Assembly: GCA_965223325.1 (NCBI GenBank)
Contig: CBDCWI010000002.1
Location: 1,568,001-1,632,000, forward strand
Reading direction: 5' to 3'
DNA from: Candidatus Multivoradales bacterium
GTDB lineage: Bacteria > Acidobacteriota > Thermoanaerobaculia > Multivoradales > Multivoraceae
Length of the DNA stretch: 64,000 nucleotides
Part shown: positions 18,504 to 28,780 of the stretch, piece by piece
How positions within the stretch are numbered: the stretch's first letter is position 1
Layout of the letters: every line of letters starts with the position of its first letter
The notes under the pieces: generated by a model
The model's input: only the letters and a program-made list of their open reading frames with translations
Databases searched by the model: none
Told to the model about the DNA's origin: nothing
Made by a program: the position numbers and the translations under genes

Positions 18504-21500
18504 ATGGCAAAGAATCCGAGGGACCTCTACCCCACCCCTGGAACGCTCGCCACAGCACGACTCGCCGTGCTCGCTGCGGCCTCGCTGACCGTGCCGGCCT
18601 TCGGCCAGGGGGCGACCTTCACCGTCCAGCCAATCACGGGGTCGGTCGAGGAGGGGGGCACGATTCGCGTCGCGGTGACCCTGGACGACGTCGGGTTGTG
18701 CCCCAATGGCCTCGCCGCCACCCAGTCGATCATCGTGACCGGCTTCTACGACCTCGGGACCGCAACCGACACCCTGGCTCTCGATCAAGTCACCAACGCC
18801 GCCAACATCCAGGACTACGGCTTCGTGGACTCTTCCGGCGGCTTCGTCGAGTTTGCGCCGGTCAGCCCGACTTCACCTTCGACCCTACAGAGTGAGGTCC
18901 GAATCAGTGTGGCAGACGACGCGATCCCCATGGGGTCACGTAGCGTCACCTTCGACTTCTACCTACCCTCTGCTGCACCACCGATTCTGCGCGTGCCGGG
19001 CATCGACCAGTTGGACTGTGACGGCGGGGGCGTCGTCCCGGTCCAGCCACCTTCGAGCTCCAGCCTGGCGGTCACCATCACCGACAACGACGCCACCACC
19101 GTTTCGGTGGGTCCAGACTTCTCGGTCGCCGAGGGAGACGCTGGCTCGGTCACGGTCCAGGTGCCGGTGACCGTCGATGGCCCCATCGATCCGACCCTGG
19201 GGGTGGAAGTGAGCTGGAGCATTCGCACCGACGACCCGCTCCCACAGGCAACCCCCAACGTCGATTTCCAGGCGGACCAGGGCACGCTCAACTTCACGAC
19301 CACCTCCGCCAACCCTCAGTTCATCGACGTCACGGTCATCGGAGACACCGAGCCCGAACCTTCGGAGTTCTTCGTTGTCGCCCTCGAGCAGATTCTCTTC
19401 GCCGACCCGGGCCAGGCCATCTCGATCGTCGAGATCATCGACGACGACGCGGTCGCACCCGGTCTACCGATCACGGTCAGCGCCGTGGTCACCAACCCAG
19501 ACGAGGGCGATAAGGGCTCGCTCCTCGTCCCCGTGACCCTGCGCGCCGCGGAGCCTCTCGACAGTGCGGCGACCATCGCCTACCAGACGCGCGACGCCAC
19601 AGCCACCGTCGGCGACCTCGACTATGCGGCTACCCGTGGCGAAGTCGTGATTCCGGCCGGCGCAACAGAGGCCCGCTTCAACCTTTTCGTCGTCGGCGAC
19701 ACCCGGGTCGAAGCGGACGAAGTCTTCCTGGTCGATCTCAGGAATGAAAGCGAACCCGGCCAACCCGGCGACCGTTCCATCCAACTCAGCATCGACCAGC
19801 TGCGGATCACGATCAAGAACGACGACGAGCCGACTGATCTGCCGCAGGTTCAGGTGACCGGCGGCCTCGAGGCCGTCGAGCCCGAGAGCGGCCAGGCAAC
19901 AGCGGCGGTCGTGGTGTCGATCTCCAGTGCCCCCAGCGAAGCCGTCACCATCGGCTGGCAGACTCGGGGCGACACCGCCCTCGCCGGCGTCGACTACCTC
20001 GAGAGCGGCGGCTCCGTTGTCTTCCCGGCAGGGGAAGCAGCAGAGCGCACGCTCGAGATCCAGATCCTCGCCGACACCACCCCAGACAGCGGCGAGACCT
20101 TCTTCGTCGACCTCGCTCTCGAAAGTGGCCCCGCGGCGCTGGTCGACACAACGGCGCAGGTGGTGATCCTCGAGTCCGGTCAGACCTCCAACACGGTCTC
20201 GTTCTCCCAGCCGCGCTTCGAGGCCACCGAAGGCGACTCGCGCGGCACGGTGCGCGTGAGACTCGAGCGCCGCAACGCAATGCGAGTGACCGCGGTCGCG
20301 CGCACGACCGATGGCGGCAGTGCGACGGCGGGAGAAGACTTCCGTCCCGCCTCGTACGAACTGGTCTGGGAACCTGACGACGAGACCGAGAAGGTCCTCG
20401 ACCTGGTGCCACTCGACGACAACCGTCAAGAGGGCTCCGAATCGATTGCCTGGGTCCTCGAGAACGCGAACGGCGCCCAGATCGGGTCGCCGGCGCGTGC
20501 GACCCTCGAACTGAGCGACGACGACACGCCATCCGAAGTGCGCGGCGTTGGCTCGCCAACCGGCGAGACCAACAGCGTCCTCGTCCTCATGGTCGAGGTC
20601 CTCGACGACCAGGGCAACCCGGTTGCAGGAGTGCCGGTCACCTGGGGAATCAGCGGCGGCAACGCCAGCCTCCTCGGCGAGACCGTCACCTTCACCGATG
20701 CCAACGGCCGGGCCACCCAGCAGGTCGACACGGGATCCCAGGTCGGTCCGGTGGTGATCACTGCAGCGGCCCCCGACCGAGCGATCGAACCTGCCGTCTT
20801 CACCCTCCAGATCGGCGGCTTCGCGCCACTCTTCCCCACCGGCACTGCCGCGCACTCAGTCGCTACGGTGCTCGACAACATCTGCGGCGGCGGGACCCTC
20901 GACTACCGTGAGGTCTGCTCCTACCTGAACGGTCTGCCCGACGACGCAACCCGCAGTGCCATCAAAGAGTTGACCCCCACTGAGATCGGCGGGCAAGCTC
21001 TGCACGCCCTCAACCAGCAGTCGGTGCTTCTGCGCCTGTTTGCAGACCGGCTTGCCGCCCTGCGACGCGGTAAGCGTATCCAGATCGACCAGCTCGCCAT
21101 GCGCCTGGGAGACGACACCTTGAACGCCTCCATGCTGGCCGCCGTTCTCGATTCGTCACCCGCCCCTCAGAAGGCCCTCGGCCAGGCGATCGACGACGCC
21201 CTCGAGCGCGCCTTCTGGCGACCGCAGAACCCGGCGCCCGTCGTCGCGTCTGCGGTTGCGACCGGCAATCGCTCGATCGGTGCCGCGCCCCAGGAGCAGG
21301 CCGCCGAAGACCCGCTGGCAACCTACGAGTACAGCGAGAGCTGGGGCTTCTTCTTGCACGGCCGCTACTCAACGGGCGACCGCGACCGCACCGCGCGCGA
21401 GTCGGGCTTCGACTTCGACAGCCTCGGGGTGACAGCCGGTATCGACTATCGCTTCAGCGATCGTTTCCTGGCAGGCATTGCGGTGAACTTCATGAGCACC

Positions 21501-22211
21501 GAAACGCGCCTCGATCAGAACGGCGGCGGTCTCGACGCCGATGGCTTCTCGGTCGCCCTCTACACCTCGTACTGGTGGGATCGGGCCTTTCTAGACGTCA
21601 TCGGGATCGTCGGCAACAGCGACTACGACATGACTCGCATGATCGACCTCCCCGCGGCCTTCCTCTCTCTCGATCCCACCCTCGACGGGCGCACCCGTTT
21701 CCCTGCACTCAGCCAACCCACGAGCGACCAGACCGCGCTCAACGTGGGCACCGGCTATGACTTCGTGACCGGAGTGCTGGCGGTCACCGGCGCCGTCCAT
21801 GGCTATTGGCTCGAGGCAGACGTCGACTCGTTCCGGGAATCCGGCGCCGGCCCCTTCAACCTCGAAGTCGATCGCCAGACCCTCGACTCCTTACTGGGCG
21901 AAGCCAGCGTCGACCTCACCTGGACCCGCAGTATGAGCTGGGGGATTCTGCAACCCGCCCTGCGGACGTCCTACTTCCGAGAATTCGAAGACGGCGAACG
22001 GCTCATCCGCGGCCGATTCGTCAACGCCCTGGCGCTCGGAGACTTTCTGGTGCCGACCGATCGCCCCGACCGCAGCTTCTGGAACCTCGGGGTGTCACTC
22101 AACGCCACGCTCGCGGGCGGTACGGCGATCTTCCTGAGCTGGGACACCGACCTCGACCGCTCTGCGCTCGACATCCAGACCTTGACGGGTGGCTTCCGCA
22201 TGGCCTGGTAG
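18504..22211 (+). CDS. Autotransporter adhesin with Calx-beta repeats and an Ig-like domain
   Basis: Four Calx-beta-like units (ATPNVDF..GDTEPEPSEFF etc.), Big_1-like DDQGNPVAGVPVTW, beta-barrel GVTAGIDYRFSD ending in W. Confidence 0.85.
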   Translation: MAKNPRDLYPTPGTLATARLAVLAAASLTVPAFGQGATFTVQPITGSVEEGGTIRVAVTLDDVGLCPNGLAATQSIIVTGFYDLGTATDTLALDQVTNAANIQDYGFVDSSGGFVEFAPVSPTSPSTLQSEVRISVADDAIPMGSRSVTFDFYLPSAAPPILRVPGIDQLDCDGGGVVPVQPPSSSSLAVTITDNDATTVSVGPDFSVAEGDAGSVTVQVPVTVDGPIDPTLGVEVSWSIRTDDPLPQATPNVDFQADQGTLNFTTTSANPQFIDVTVIGDTEPEPSEFFVVALEQILFADPGQAISIVEIIDDDAVAPGLPITVSAVVTNPDEGDKGSLLVPVTLRAAEPLDSAATIAYQTRDATATVGDLDYAATRGEVVIPAGATEARFNLFVVGDTRVEADEVFLVDLRNESEPGQPGDRSIQLSIDQLRITIKNDDEPTDLPQVQVTGGLEAVEPESGQATAAVVVSISSAPSEAVTIGWQTRGDTALAGVDYLESGGSVVFPAGEAAERTLEIQILADTTPDSGETFFVDLALESGPAALVDTTAQVVILESGQTSNTVSFSQPRFEATEGDSRGTVRVRLERRNAMRVTAVARTTDGGSATAGEDFRPASYELVWEPDDETEKVLDLVPLDDNRQEGSESIAWVLENANGAQIGSPARATLELSDDDTPSEVRGVGSPTGETNSVLVLMVEVLDDQGNPVAGVPVTWGISGGNASLLGETVTFTDANGRATQQVDTGSQVGPVVITAAAPDRAIEPAVFTLQIGGFAPLFPTGTAAHSVATVLDNICGGGTLDYREVCSYLNGLPDDATRSAIKELTPTEIGGQALHALNQQSVLLRLFADRLAALRRGKRIQIDQLAMRLGDDTLNASMLAAVLDSSPAPQKALGQAIDDALERAFWRPQNPAPVVASAVATGNRSIGAAPQEQAAEDPLATYEYSESWGFFLHGRYSTGDRDRTARESGFDFDSLGVTAGIDYRFSDRFLAGIAVNFMSTETRLDQNGGGLDADGFSVALYTSYWWDRAFLDVIGIVGNSDYDMTRMIDLPAAFLSLDPTLDGRTRFPALSQPTSDQTALNVGTGYDFVTGVLAVTGAVHGYWLEADVDSFRESGAGPFNLEVDRQTLDSLLGEASVDLTWTRSMSWGILQPALRTSYFREFEDGERLIRGRFVNALALGDFLVPTDRPDRSFWNLGVSLNATLAGGTAIFLSWDTDLDRSALDIQTLTGGFRMAW

Positions 22212-22250
22212 AGACTCGGAGAGCGCGAGCCCTCAGGTCTGGCTGCGCGA

Positions 22251-22886
22251 TCAGCCGCCTGAAACGATGCCGTAGCCCAGGTTGACGACCTGCACGCGGC
22301 GGTTCTTGCGCCGACCGGCGTCGGTGTCGTTGGTCGCCATCGGCTTGCTCTCGCCGTAGCCCACCGGGTTGAGGCGGTCGGCGCGGATGCGGTAGTTGGC
22401 AACCAGGTAGTCCACCACCGCCCGTGCACGGCGCTCTGACAGGCCCTGGTTGAGCTGATCGGTGCCGGTGTTGTCGGTGTGGCCCTGAATCTCGAAGCAA
22501 CACGGCGAAAGGCTGTTGGACTTGAGCGCGTCACCGAGGATGTCGAGGTTGCGGCGCGCTTCTCGAGTCAACGCATCAGACCCCACCTCGAACAGCACCT
22601 CGACCGCCGCCATCGCCGCGACCGCTCCCCCGCCGCCGCGCGTACGAGCGTTGAAATAGGCTTCGCAGCTCGGCTCCACTCCGCGCATTCGAGGCGGCGC
22701 CTCGCCAGGCGCGGCCAGTGCCTCGACCAGGGACTCGGTCGTCAGTTCCTGGCCGTGGAGGTCTTTCACCTCGGGATCCTGGGCGGTTGCTGGAGCTGCC
22801 AGAAGGCACGCCAGGGCGAGGCCCTGGACGAGGCTGGCGGCGGCGAAGTCGCGGCTGGTGGTCTGGCGGATCATACGAAGGATCAT
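22251..22886 (-). CDS. OmpA-family peptidoglycan-binding protein
   Basis: VLFEVGS, IQGHTDNTG, NQGLSERRA, GYGESKP, NRRV. Confidence 0.9.
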   Translation of the reverse strand: MILRMIRQTTSRDFAAASLVQGLALACLLAAPATAQDPEVKDLHGQELTTESLVEALAAPGEAPPRMRGVEPSCEAYFNARTRGGGGAVAAMAAVEVLFEVGSDALTREARRNLDILGDALKSNSLSPCCFEIQGHTDNTGTDQLNQGLSERRARAVVDYLVANYRIRADRLNPVGYGESKPMATNDTDAGRRKNRRVQVVNLGYGIVSGG

Positions 22887-22964
22887 GACTGGCGAATCTC
22901 CTATGCGAGGTCGACTCCAAAGGATATCGAACCTCCTTCAGGGTCGGAGCGCATTGACGCAGCG

Positions 22965-24848
22965 TCAAGGCACCTCGAGAGCGGCCAGATCGGTCACCGC
23001 AGCCGTCGGCAGGTTGGCCACGAAGTCTTCGGCGATGGTCGCCTCGCGACCCGGAATCGCGACCGTCGACCGGTAGATCATGGCCCCGTCGCTGGGTTGC
23101 GCGCCCGGCAACATGCCTGCTCTCTCGTAGGGCGTCGTCGATGCAAAGAGGTACAGCGTGCCGCGCCACGAATCGCGATCGACGGCCGGACTGGAACGTC
23201 CCTCGGGAATCTCGAACACTCCCGGACCGAATGCCGGGCTCGAACCCACGACCGCATCGTTGGGATGTAGCATTCGAACTTCACCATCCGGAGCGAGAAA
23301 AAAGAGCAGCGGATAGACCACGCGATCCGTGGTCACCCGCACCCTCGGCACTGCGGTGGCGAGGTCGCTCACGACCCAACCCGACGCCTCGAGACTGAGA
23401 CCGAGCACACCCGTCGAAGCGCTCTCGAGTTGCGCGACCAGCGCGTCGTGGAGCTCTCCGTCCGGCGCCTGTTGCCCCGCCGGGGGCGGCTCGGGTCGCC
23501 AGGGCTCGGTCGAGCCGTCGCCGACCACAGACGTCGCCGGATCATCGGTCACCGGGTCGTCGAGACGGTGAGTTGGAGCGTCTGACGACGGCGAATCGGC
23601 CGTGCTCCGTTCCTCGGGATCACCCACCACCTGTCCACCGTTCGCAGCAGCTGTGCTCGGCGGTGGAGCGCTCTCCTCACCCGCCCGCCACATCACAAGG
23701 AGCGCCAGCGAGAGCAACCCGAGACTCGCCATCACCCAGCGACCACGGCGCCGCCGCGCGTTCGGTCTCGGGGCAGCGACTGGCTCTTCGAGTGCGGCGG
23801 GCGTTGCGGCGCCGGGTTCGGGTTCCGAGCGCGCCGAAGCCGGGAGCTTCCTCTTGTTGGCCTCGATGGGTGCGATCGAGGGTTCTGAAACCAACTCTGG
23901 CTCGTCAGGTTCTCGCCCGGGCACCGGTGCGGCGACGGTCGCGTCCCAGGGGCTCCCAGGGACCGAGATCGAGTTCGGGAGCAGAGAACCGCCGGCCGCG
24001 AGCGCTCCGTCGATGGCATCGAGAAGTGCGGGACCCGAGCCCGGTCGTTCCTCGGGATTCTTGGCGGTCATCCACTCGAGCAGACGAACGGTCGCATCGG
24101 AAACATCGGGAGCCGAAGCGCGGACATCGGGTAGCGGATCGCGCATGTGCTTCATCAACATCGCCGCTGGACTCTCGGCGTCATGGGCATGCGAACCGGT
24201 GATCATGCGATAGAGCACCAGCCCGAGCGCATAGATGTCACTCCTGAAATCGCCGCGCTGGCCATCGACTCGCTCGGGAGCGATGTAGCGGATGGTGCCG
24301 ACGACGTTGCCGCTCTGGGTCACGGTGAACCCGCCAGACAACGGGTCGGCACCGCGTGCAAGGCCGAAGTCGACGACCTTGACCACCCCGCCGCGCGAGA
24401 TCAGGAGGTTCTCGGGCTTGACGTCGCGGTGTGTGATGTTGAGGCGCCAGGCCTCGGCAAGACCGCACGCCGCCTGGCGAATGAAATCGAGCGCCTCGCG
24501 TTCGCCGAGCTTCTGGTCCCGCTCGAGCAGGTCGTGAAGACTCTCGCCCTCGACCAGCTCCATGACAATGTACTGCACGTCGCCGACTTCACCGAGGGTG
24601 AAGATCTGCGCCAGATTGGGATGATCGACCTGCGCCATCGTCTGCGCTTCGCGCCGGAAACGCTGCTGCTGCTCTGGACCACTCGCTCCCGAGAGCGGCG
24701 ACTTGTTGAACTTGATCGCCACGCTGCGCCGGAGCTGCACGTCACGACCGACGTACACCGTACCCATTCCTCCCGCACCGATCTGGCGCAGGATCTCGTA
24801 GCCGGGAATCTCAGGCAGGTTTTCGATCGGTTCTACTCCGGCGTGCAA
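22965..24848 (-). CDS. Membrane Ser/Thr protein kinase with extracytoplasmic DUF4384-like domain
   Basis: IGAGGMG, VAIK, HRDVKPEN, DFG, YIAPE; one TM; C-terminal YPLLFFLAPDGEVRMLHPN. Confidence 0.88.
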   Translation of the reverse strand: MHAGVEPIENLPEIPGYEILRQIGAGGMGTVYVGRDVQLRRSVAIKFNKSPLSGASGPEQQQRFRREAQTMAQVDHPNLAQIFTLGEVGDVQYIVMELVEGESLHDLLERDQKLGEREALDFIRQAACGLAEAWRLNITHRDVKPENLLISRGGVVKVVDFGLARGADPLSGGFTVTQSGNVVGTIRYIAPERVDGQRGDFRSDIYALGLVLYRMITGSHAHDAESPAAMLMKHMRDPLPDVRASAPDVSDATVRLLEWMTAKNPEERPGSGPALLDAIDGALAAGGSLLPNSISVPGSPWDATVAAPVPGREPDEPELVSEPSIAPIEANKRKLPASARSEPEPGAATPAALEEPVAAPRPNARRRRGRWVMASLGLLSLALLVMWRAGEESAPPPSTAAANGGQVVGDPEERSTADSPSSDAPTHRLDDPVTDDPATSVVGDGSTEPWRPEPPPAGQQAPDGELHDALVAQLESASTGVLGLSLEASGWVVSDLATAVPRVRVTTDRVVYPLLFFLAPDGEVRMLHPNDAVVGSSPAFGPGVFEIPEGRSSPAVDRDSWRGTLYLFASTTPYERAGMLPGAQPSDGAMIYRSTVAIPGREATIAEDFVANLPTAAVTDLAALEVP

Positions 24849-24996
24849 ATGACAGATCGCCGCCTCCAGAAGCCTCGGTCACGAGGATCCCATGAACCGC
24901 GCGCAACCGTGCCCGCAACAGGCGAAGCTCTGCCAGGCCTTTCGACCTCCACGCCCTGACGAACGGCGAGGGAGGGCGGTGACTGATGGGGAGGAC

Positions 24997-25019
24997 AGCA
25001 AGTCGATTATACGACTGCT
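24997..25019 (-). promoter_or_regulatory. Hairpin/inverted repeat enclosing TATAAT upstream of the kinase gene
   Basis: Minus strand AGCAGTCG-TATAAT-CGACTTGCT. Confidence 0.3.
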
Positions 25020-25039
25020 ATCGGACCAACCTTCGCATG

Positions 25040-25924
25040 TCAGTCGTCGCCGTACCGGACTTCAATAGCCCGCAGCTTCCAGATCGCGACCCCGAGGCCG
25101 AGCGCCGACAGGCCGAGAAGCCCGAGGACCGACATCCAGGCGGGTGGTGGCGACGCCAGGATGGCAAGCGGCCCCTCCGGCAAGGGCACCGGAACCAACC
25201 CCAGGAGGTAGTGGGTGATCGAGAACTTCTTGAGTGCTGCAGGGAGCAAGAACTGAATCGACTCCCAGGCGAGCACTCCGGCGATCGGCAGAATCGGGCT
25301 CTTGAACAACAGCCCGAGAGAGAGAAACACCGCGCCATAGCCCAGGCAGGCCAATGAAGTGGTCGCCAGGTAGGCGAAGAGATGCGACAGACCCGGACCC
25401 GACGTCATGTCCTGCACTGCCCGATCGAGCCCGAACGGTATGTAGAAAAGCAGGTAACAGATCGTCGTGACGCCACAGAACATGGTGAGCGTGACGGCCA
25501 GACCGGAGAGGTATTTGGCCAGCGCCAGAAGCCAGCGCCGCGTTGGAGTGAGGAGGTAGTAGTGCAAGCTGCGATCGAGGACGTCACCACGAAAGAGGTT
25601 GGTGAAAATCACCGCGCAACCGAAGAACACCACGGTGCCGAGAATCAGCGTGTGGTAGATGAACGAAAAAATCGGTCTGCCGCTCCCGACGTTGTCATGG
25701 AACTCGGCCGGGGGTGCGATGAAGGCGATGATGGTGAAGATGAAGAGGGGCAGCGCGCACAGGGCGTAGATGCCCAGCGCACGCCGGCTGAAGGCGGTCT
25801 TCTTGATTTCGATGCGCAAAATGGCGAGCAACTGAGCAATCCACAGGTTCCAGCCCTCGGCCCGCACCGGGCGCGCCACCTGCGGGACCGCCGCCGCACT
25901 GCCTCTCGACTCGGTGGTCGTCAC
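25040..25924 (-). CDS. ABC-2 type transporter permease
   Basis: Six TMs, [22 protein letters not shown]. Confidence 0.8.
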   Translation of the reverse strand: MTTTESRGSAAAVPQVARPVRAEGWNLWIAQLLAILRIEIKKTAFSRRALGIYALCALPLFIFTIIAFIAPPAEFHDNVGSGRPIFSFIYHTLILGTVVFFGCAVIFTNLFRGDVLDRSLHYYLLTPTRRWLLALAKYLSGLAVTLTMFCGVTTICYLLFYIPFGLDRAVQDMTSGPGLSHLFAYLATTSLACLGYGAVFLSLGLLFKSPILPIAGVLAWESIQFLLPAALKKFSITHYLLGLVPVPLPEGPLAILASPPPAWMSVLGLLGLSALGLGVAIWKLRAIEVRYGDD

Positions 25925-26859
25925 GCCGCACCCTCGCCTTCAACCAGGTAGCCGTAGACCGCTTGCACGTCGTCGTCAGCCGGCCCGATGCCGTCAATCG
26001 CCAGACCCTCTTCGAGCACCAGCTGGTTGAACTCGAGAAAGAAGCGCTCGGCGTTCTTGGTCCGCACCATGAGACCGTGGCGATCCTTGTGCATCCGCAC
26101 CTCGACGATGTGGGGGCGCTCGAAGAGGCGCGCGGCAACGCGGTCGGCATGCTCACAGCGCACGAAGACCTGCATGGGATGTTCCGACATCTCGTCGCGC
26201 ACACCCTGGATCTCACCCTCGGCCACGACGTAGCCACTGTTGAGGAGCACGACGCGGTCGGAGAGCATGTCGACCTCGTGCAGGATGTGACTCGACACGA
26301 GCAGGTGTTGCCCCTCTTCGGCGAGATCCCGAAAGAGCGTAATGATCGAAGCGCGTGCCATCGGATCGAGACCGTTCAAGGGCTCGTCGAGAATCATCAC
26401 CCGCGGCTGATGGGCGATCGCCTGCGCCAGGCGAATTCTCTGGCGCATCCCCTTCGAGTACCCGGCAACCTTGCGCCCGGCGACCTCGGAAAGGCCAACC
26501 CGCTCGATCGCGCGATCGGCCATTCTCTTGGCGTCAGCGGCCGAGAAGCCGTGCACCCGCAGAATCGTTCGCAAGAGCTCGCTGCCGGTCATTCCGGCCG
26601 GAAAGGAGTCGTACTGTGTGCAGTAGCCGACTTCACGAAAGAGGCGCTCCGGGTCGCTGGTGTCCATTCCCAGAACCTCGAGCCTCCCACGACTCGGCTG
26701 CAAGAGGCCAGCGAGCAGGTTCATCAAGGTGCTCTTCCCCGAACCGTTGGGGCCAACGAGGCCAGTGATACCCGGCTCGAGCACCATGTCCACACGGTTG
26801 ACCCCCAGGACTTCGCCATAGAACTTCGAGACGTCGTCGAAGACGATCTGGTCGCTCAT
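25921..26859 (-). CDS. ABC transporter ATP-binding protein
   Basis: [22 protein letters not shown]; start ATG 26859 overlaps the upstream stop. Confidence 0.9.
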   Translation of the reverse strand: MSDQIVFDDVSKFYGEVLGVNRVDMVLEPGITGLVGPNGSGKSTLMNLLAGLLQPSRGRLEVLGMDTSDPERLFREVGYCTQYDSFPAGMTGSELLRTILRVHGFSAADAKRMADRAIERVGLSEVAGRKVAGYSKGMRQRIRLAQAIAHQPRVMILDEPLNGLDPMARASIITLFRDLAEEGQHLLVSSHILHEVDMLSDRVVLLNSGYVVAEGEIQGVRDEMSEHPMQVFVRCEHADRVAARLFERPHIVEVRMHKDRHGLMVRTKNAERFFLEFNQLVLEEGLAIDGIGPADDDVQAVYGYLVEGEGAA

Positions 26860-27713
26860 CCAACCACCTCGTAGGCCCGCAAACGGCGAAACAAGAGAAT
26901 CGTCGCTGCCGCCGCGAGCAGTGCGAGGGTGCCAAGGGCCGCAATGAACGGCAGCTCCGAACCAGGCGAAGCGCCAAAGAACCCTTCGACGGCGCGCTGG
27001 TTGAGCATGAACACGTTGACCAGGCTGCCCATCCAGGTGTGGTAGATCGCGTTCCATACCGTGCCCACCGCCGCGCCGACAAACGCCATGGCGAGATAGA
27101 GCGTGCGCGCCCAGGGCTTCCATTTGACCCACGCCGAAACCGCCAGGCTGACGACCGAGATCACGAAACACCAGAGCAGCGACGACAGGCAAAGCGCCAC
27201 GAGGATGCGCAGGTTCTCGAGCATCCAGTCATCAGCGAGCGACGACTGCAGAAAGAACAACAACACGCCCGGCACCAGGGTCACCGACAGCGAGAGCACG
27301 AAGGGAATCGCCAGCTTGCCGAGCACGTAGTCGGTCTTCTCGATCGGCCGCGACAGCATCAAGGCGAGAGCGTTGTTGCGTAGATCAGGCGAGACGGTCG
27401 CCGGCCCCACGATCATCACCAGAAGGAACGCAGCCCACAGCTGGCGACTCAAGAAAAACGTGCGGAAGTACCACTCGTTGATCTGAAGGAACTCGCTCGC
27501 ACCGCTCAGAGCTTCGATCAGCGGCAGGTTGTTGGCGAGGTAGATCCCCAGCCCGGCGAACAGCGGCCAGGCCAGAATGAGGACATAGAACACCAGAAAG
27601 GCTCGCGACCGAAAGGCGTCGGCGAGCGCGTAGCGCGCAAAGACCAGGGCGCGGCTCCAGGGCGGCGTGACGACCCCGTCGTACCCTTTGTAGGTCTGAT
27701 CATGCACTCCCAC
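26856..27713 (-). CDS. ABC-2 type transporter permease
   Basis: Multi-[26 protein letters not shown]. Confidence 0.8.
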   Translation of the reverse strand: MGVHDQTYKGYDGVVTPPWSRALVFARYALADAFRSRAFLVFYVLILAWPLFAGLGIYLANNLPLIEALSGASEFLQINEWYFRTFFLSRQLWAAFLLVMIVGPATVSPDLRNNALALMLSRPIEKTDYVLGKLAIPFVLSLSVTLVPGVLLFFLQSSLADDWMLENLRILVALCLSSLLWCFVISVVSLAVSAWVKWKPWARTLYLAMAFVGAAVGTVWNAIYHTWMGSLVNVFMLNQRAVEGFFGASPGSELPFIAALGTLALLAAAATILLFRRLRAYEVVG

Positions 27714-28780
27714 TAGCTCTTCACCTCGGCAGCTTCGTGGACGACGGGGACGGCGCCGGCTGGGCTTTCTTCCATCGCGCGCAGGAAGATGTCTTCGAGG
27801 GAGTCGCGCTTGTAGTCGAGCCGGCGCAGTTGAACGCCCTGCTCGGCCGCCAACTTGTAGAGGTCGGCGATCTCGACCTGTTCGGGGAGCACGGCGCGCA
27901 TGCGACGCCGGTTGACCGTCGCCAGCTCACAGCCCAGGTCACGCAGCGACTGGGCGTAGGTGCCGTCGTCACCGCGCAGTTCGAGCTGTAGGAACTTCTT
28001 GTTCGAACGCCGCTCCTCTTCGAGGTTGCAGTAGGTCGCGATCTTGCCCGCCTTGAGCACCAGTACTTCTTCGCAGCACTCTTCGACGTCGCGCAGGAGG
28101 TGCGACGAGATCACGATCCGCGCCTGGCCACTGTCTCTGATGTCGCGAATGAGCTGGATCATGCGGCGGCGAGCCGGAGGGTCGAGGCCGTTGGTCGGTT
28201 CATCGAGGAACAAGAGGCGTGGCCCATGCACGATCGCCTGGGCGAGCTTGGCGAGCTGCTTCATACCCAACGAATAGGTCTCGAGCTTGCGGTAGCGCGC
28301 CTCGCCGAGGCCAACGTAGAAGAAGGCCTCGTGCGCCCGCTCGAGGGCAGCCCTGGGCGGCAAGCCCGAAAGCTCGGCCATCATGCGCACGAAACGAACC
28401 CCGGTCATGCCAGAAATGAAGGCATCGCGCTCTGGCATGTACCCCACCAGACGACGCGACTCACGGCGTCGCCGCGCAATGTCGTTGCCGAGAACGCGTG
28501 CGGTCCCGGCGCTGGCCGGGTGAAAACCCAACAGGGTGTGGATGAGGGTCGTCTTGCCCGCACCATTGGGGCCGAGCAGCCCAATGGCGCGCCCTCCGAG
28601 GCTGGCGTTCAGGTCGTCGAGGACCTGGAAACGACCGAAGCGCACGCCCAGGCCTTCGAGCTCGACGACCGGATCGGCCGTGCCGAGAGGAGCCCTGGAC
28701 GGCGACGACCCCGAGCGGCCGGTGCCAACGGCACCACGCAACTCGGGGTCACGCGTCTCCGGGGGAGAATCTATTGCCAC
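27713..28780 (-). CDS. ABC transporter ATP-binding protein
   Basis: [22 protein letters not shown]. Confidence 0.9.
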   Translation of the reverse strand: MAIDSPPETRDPELRGAVGTGRSGSSPSRAPLGTADPVVELEGLGVRFGRFQVLDDLNASLGGRAIGLLGPNGAGKTTLIHTLLGFHPASAGTARVLGNDIARRRRESRRLVGYMPERDAFISGMTGVRFVRMMAELSGLPPRAALERAHEAFFYVGLGEARYRKLETYSLGMKQLAKLAQAIVHGPRLLFLDEPTNGLDPPARRRMIQLIRDIRDSGQARIVISSHLLRDVEECCEEVLVLKAGKIATYCNLEEERRSNKKFLQLELRGDDGTYAQSLRDLGCELATVNRRRMRAVLPEQVEIADLYKLAAEQGVQLRRLDYKRDSLEDIFLRAMEESPAGAVPVVHEAAEVKS

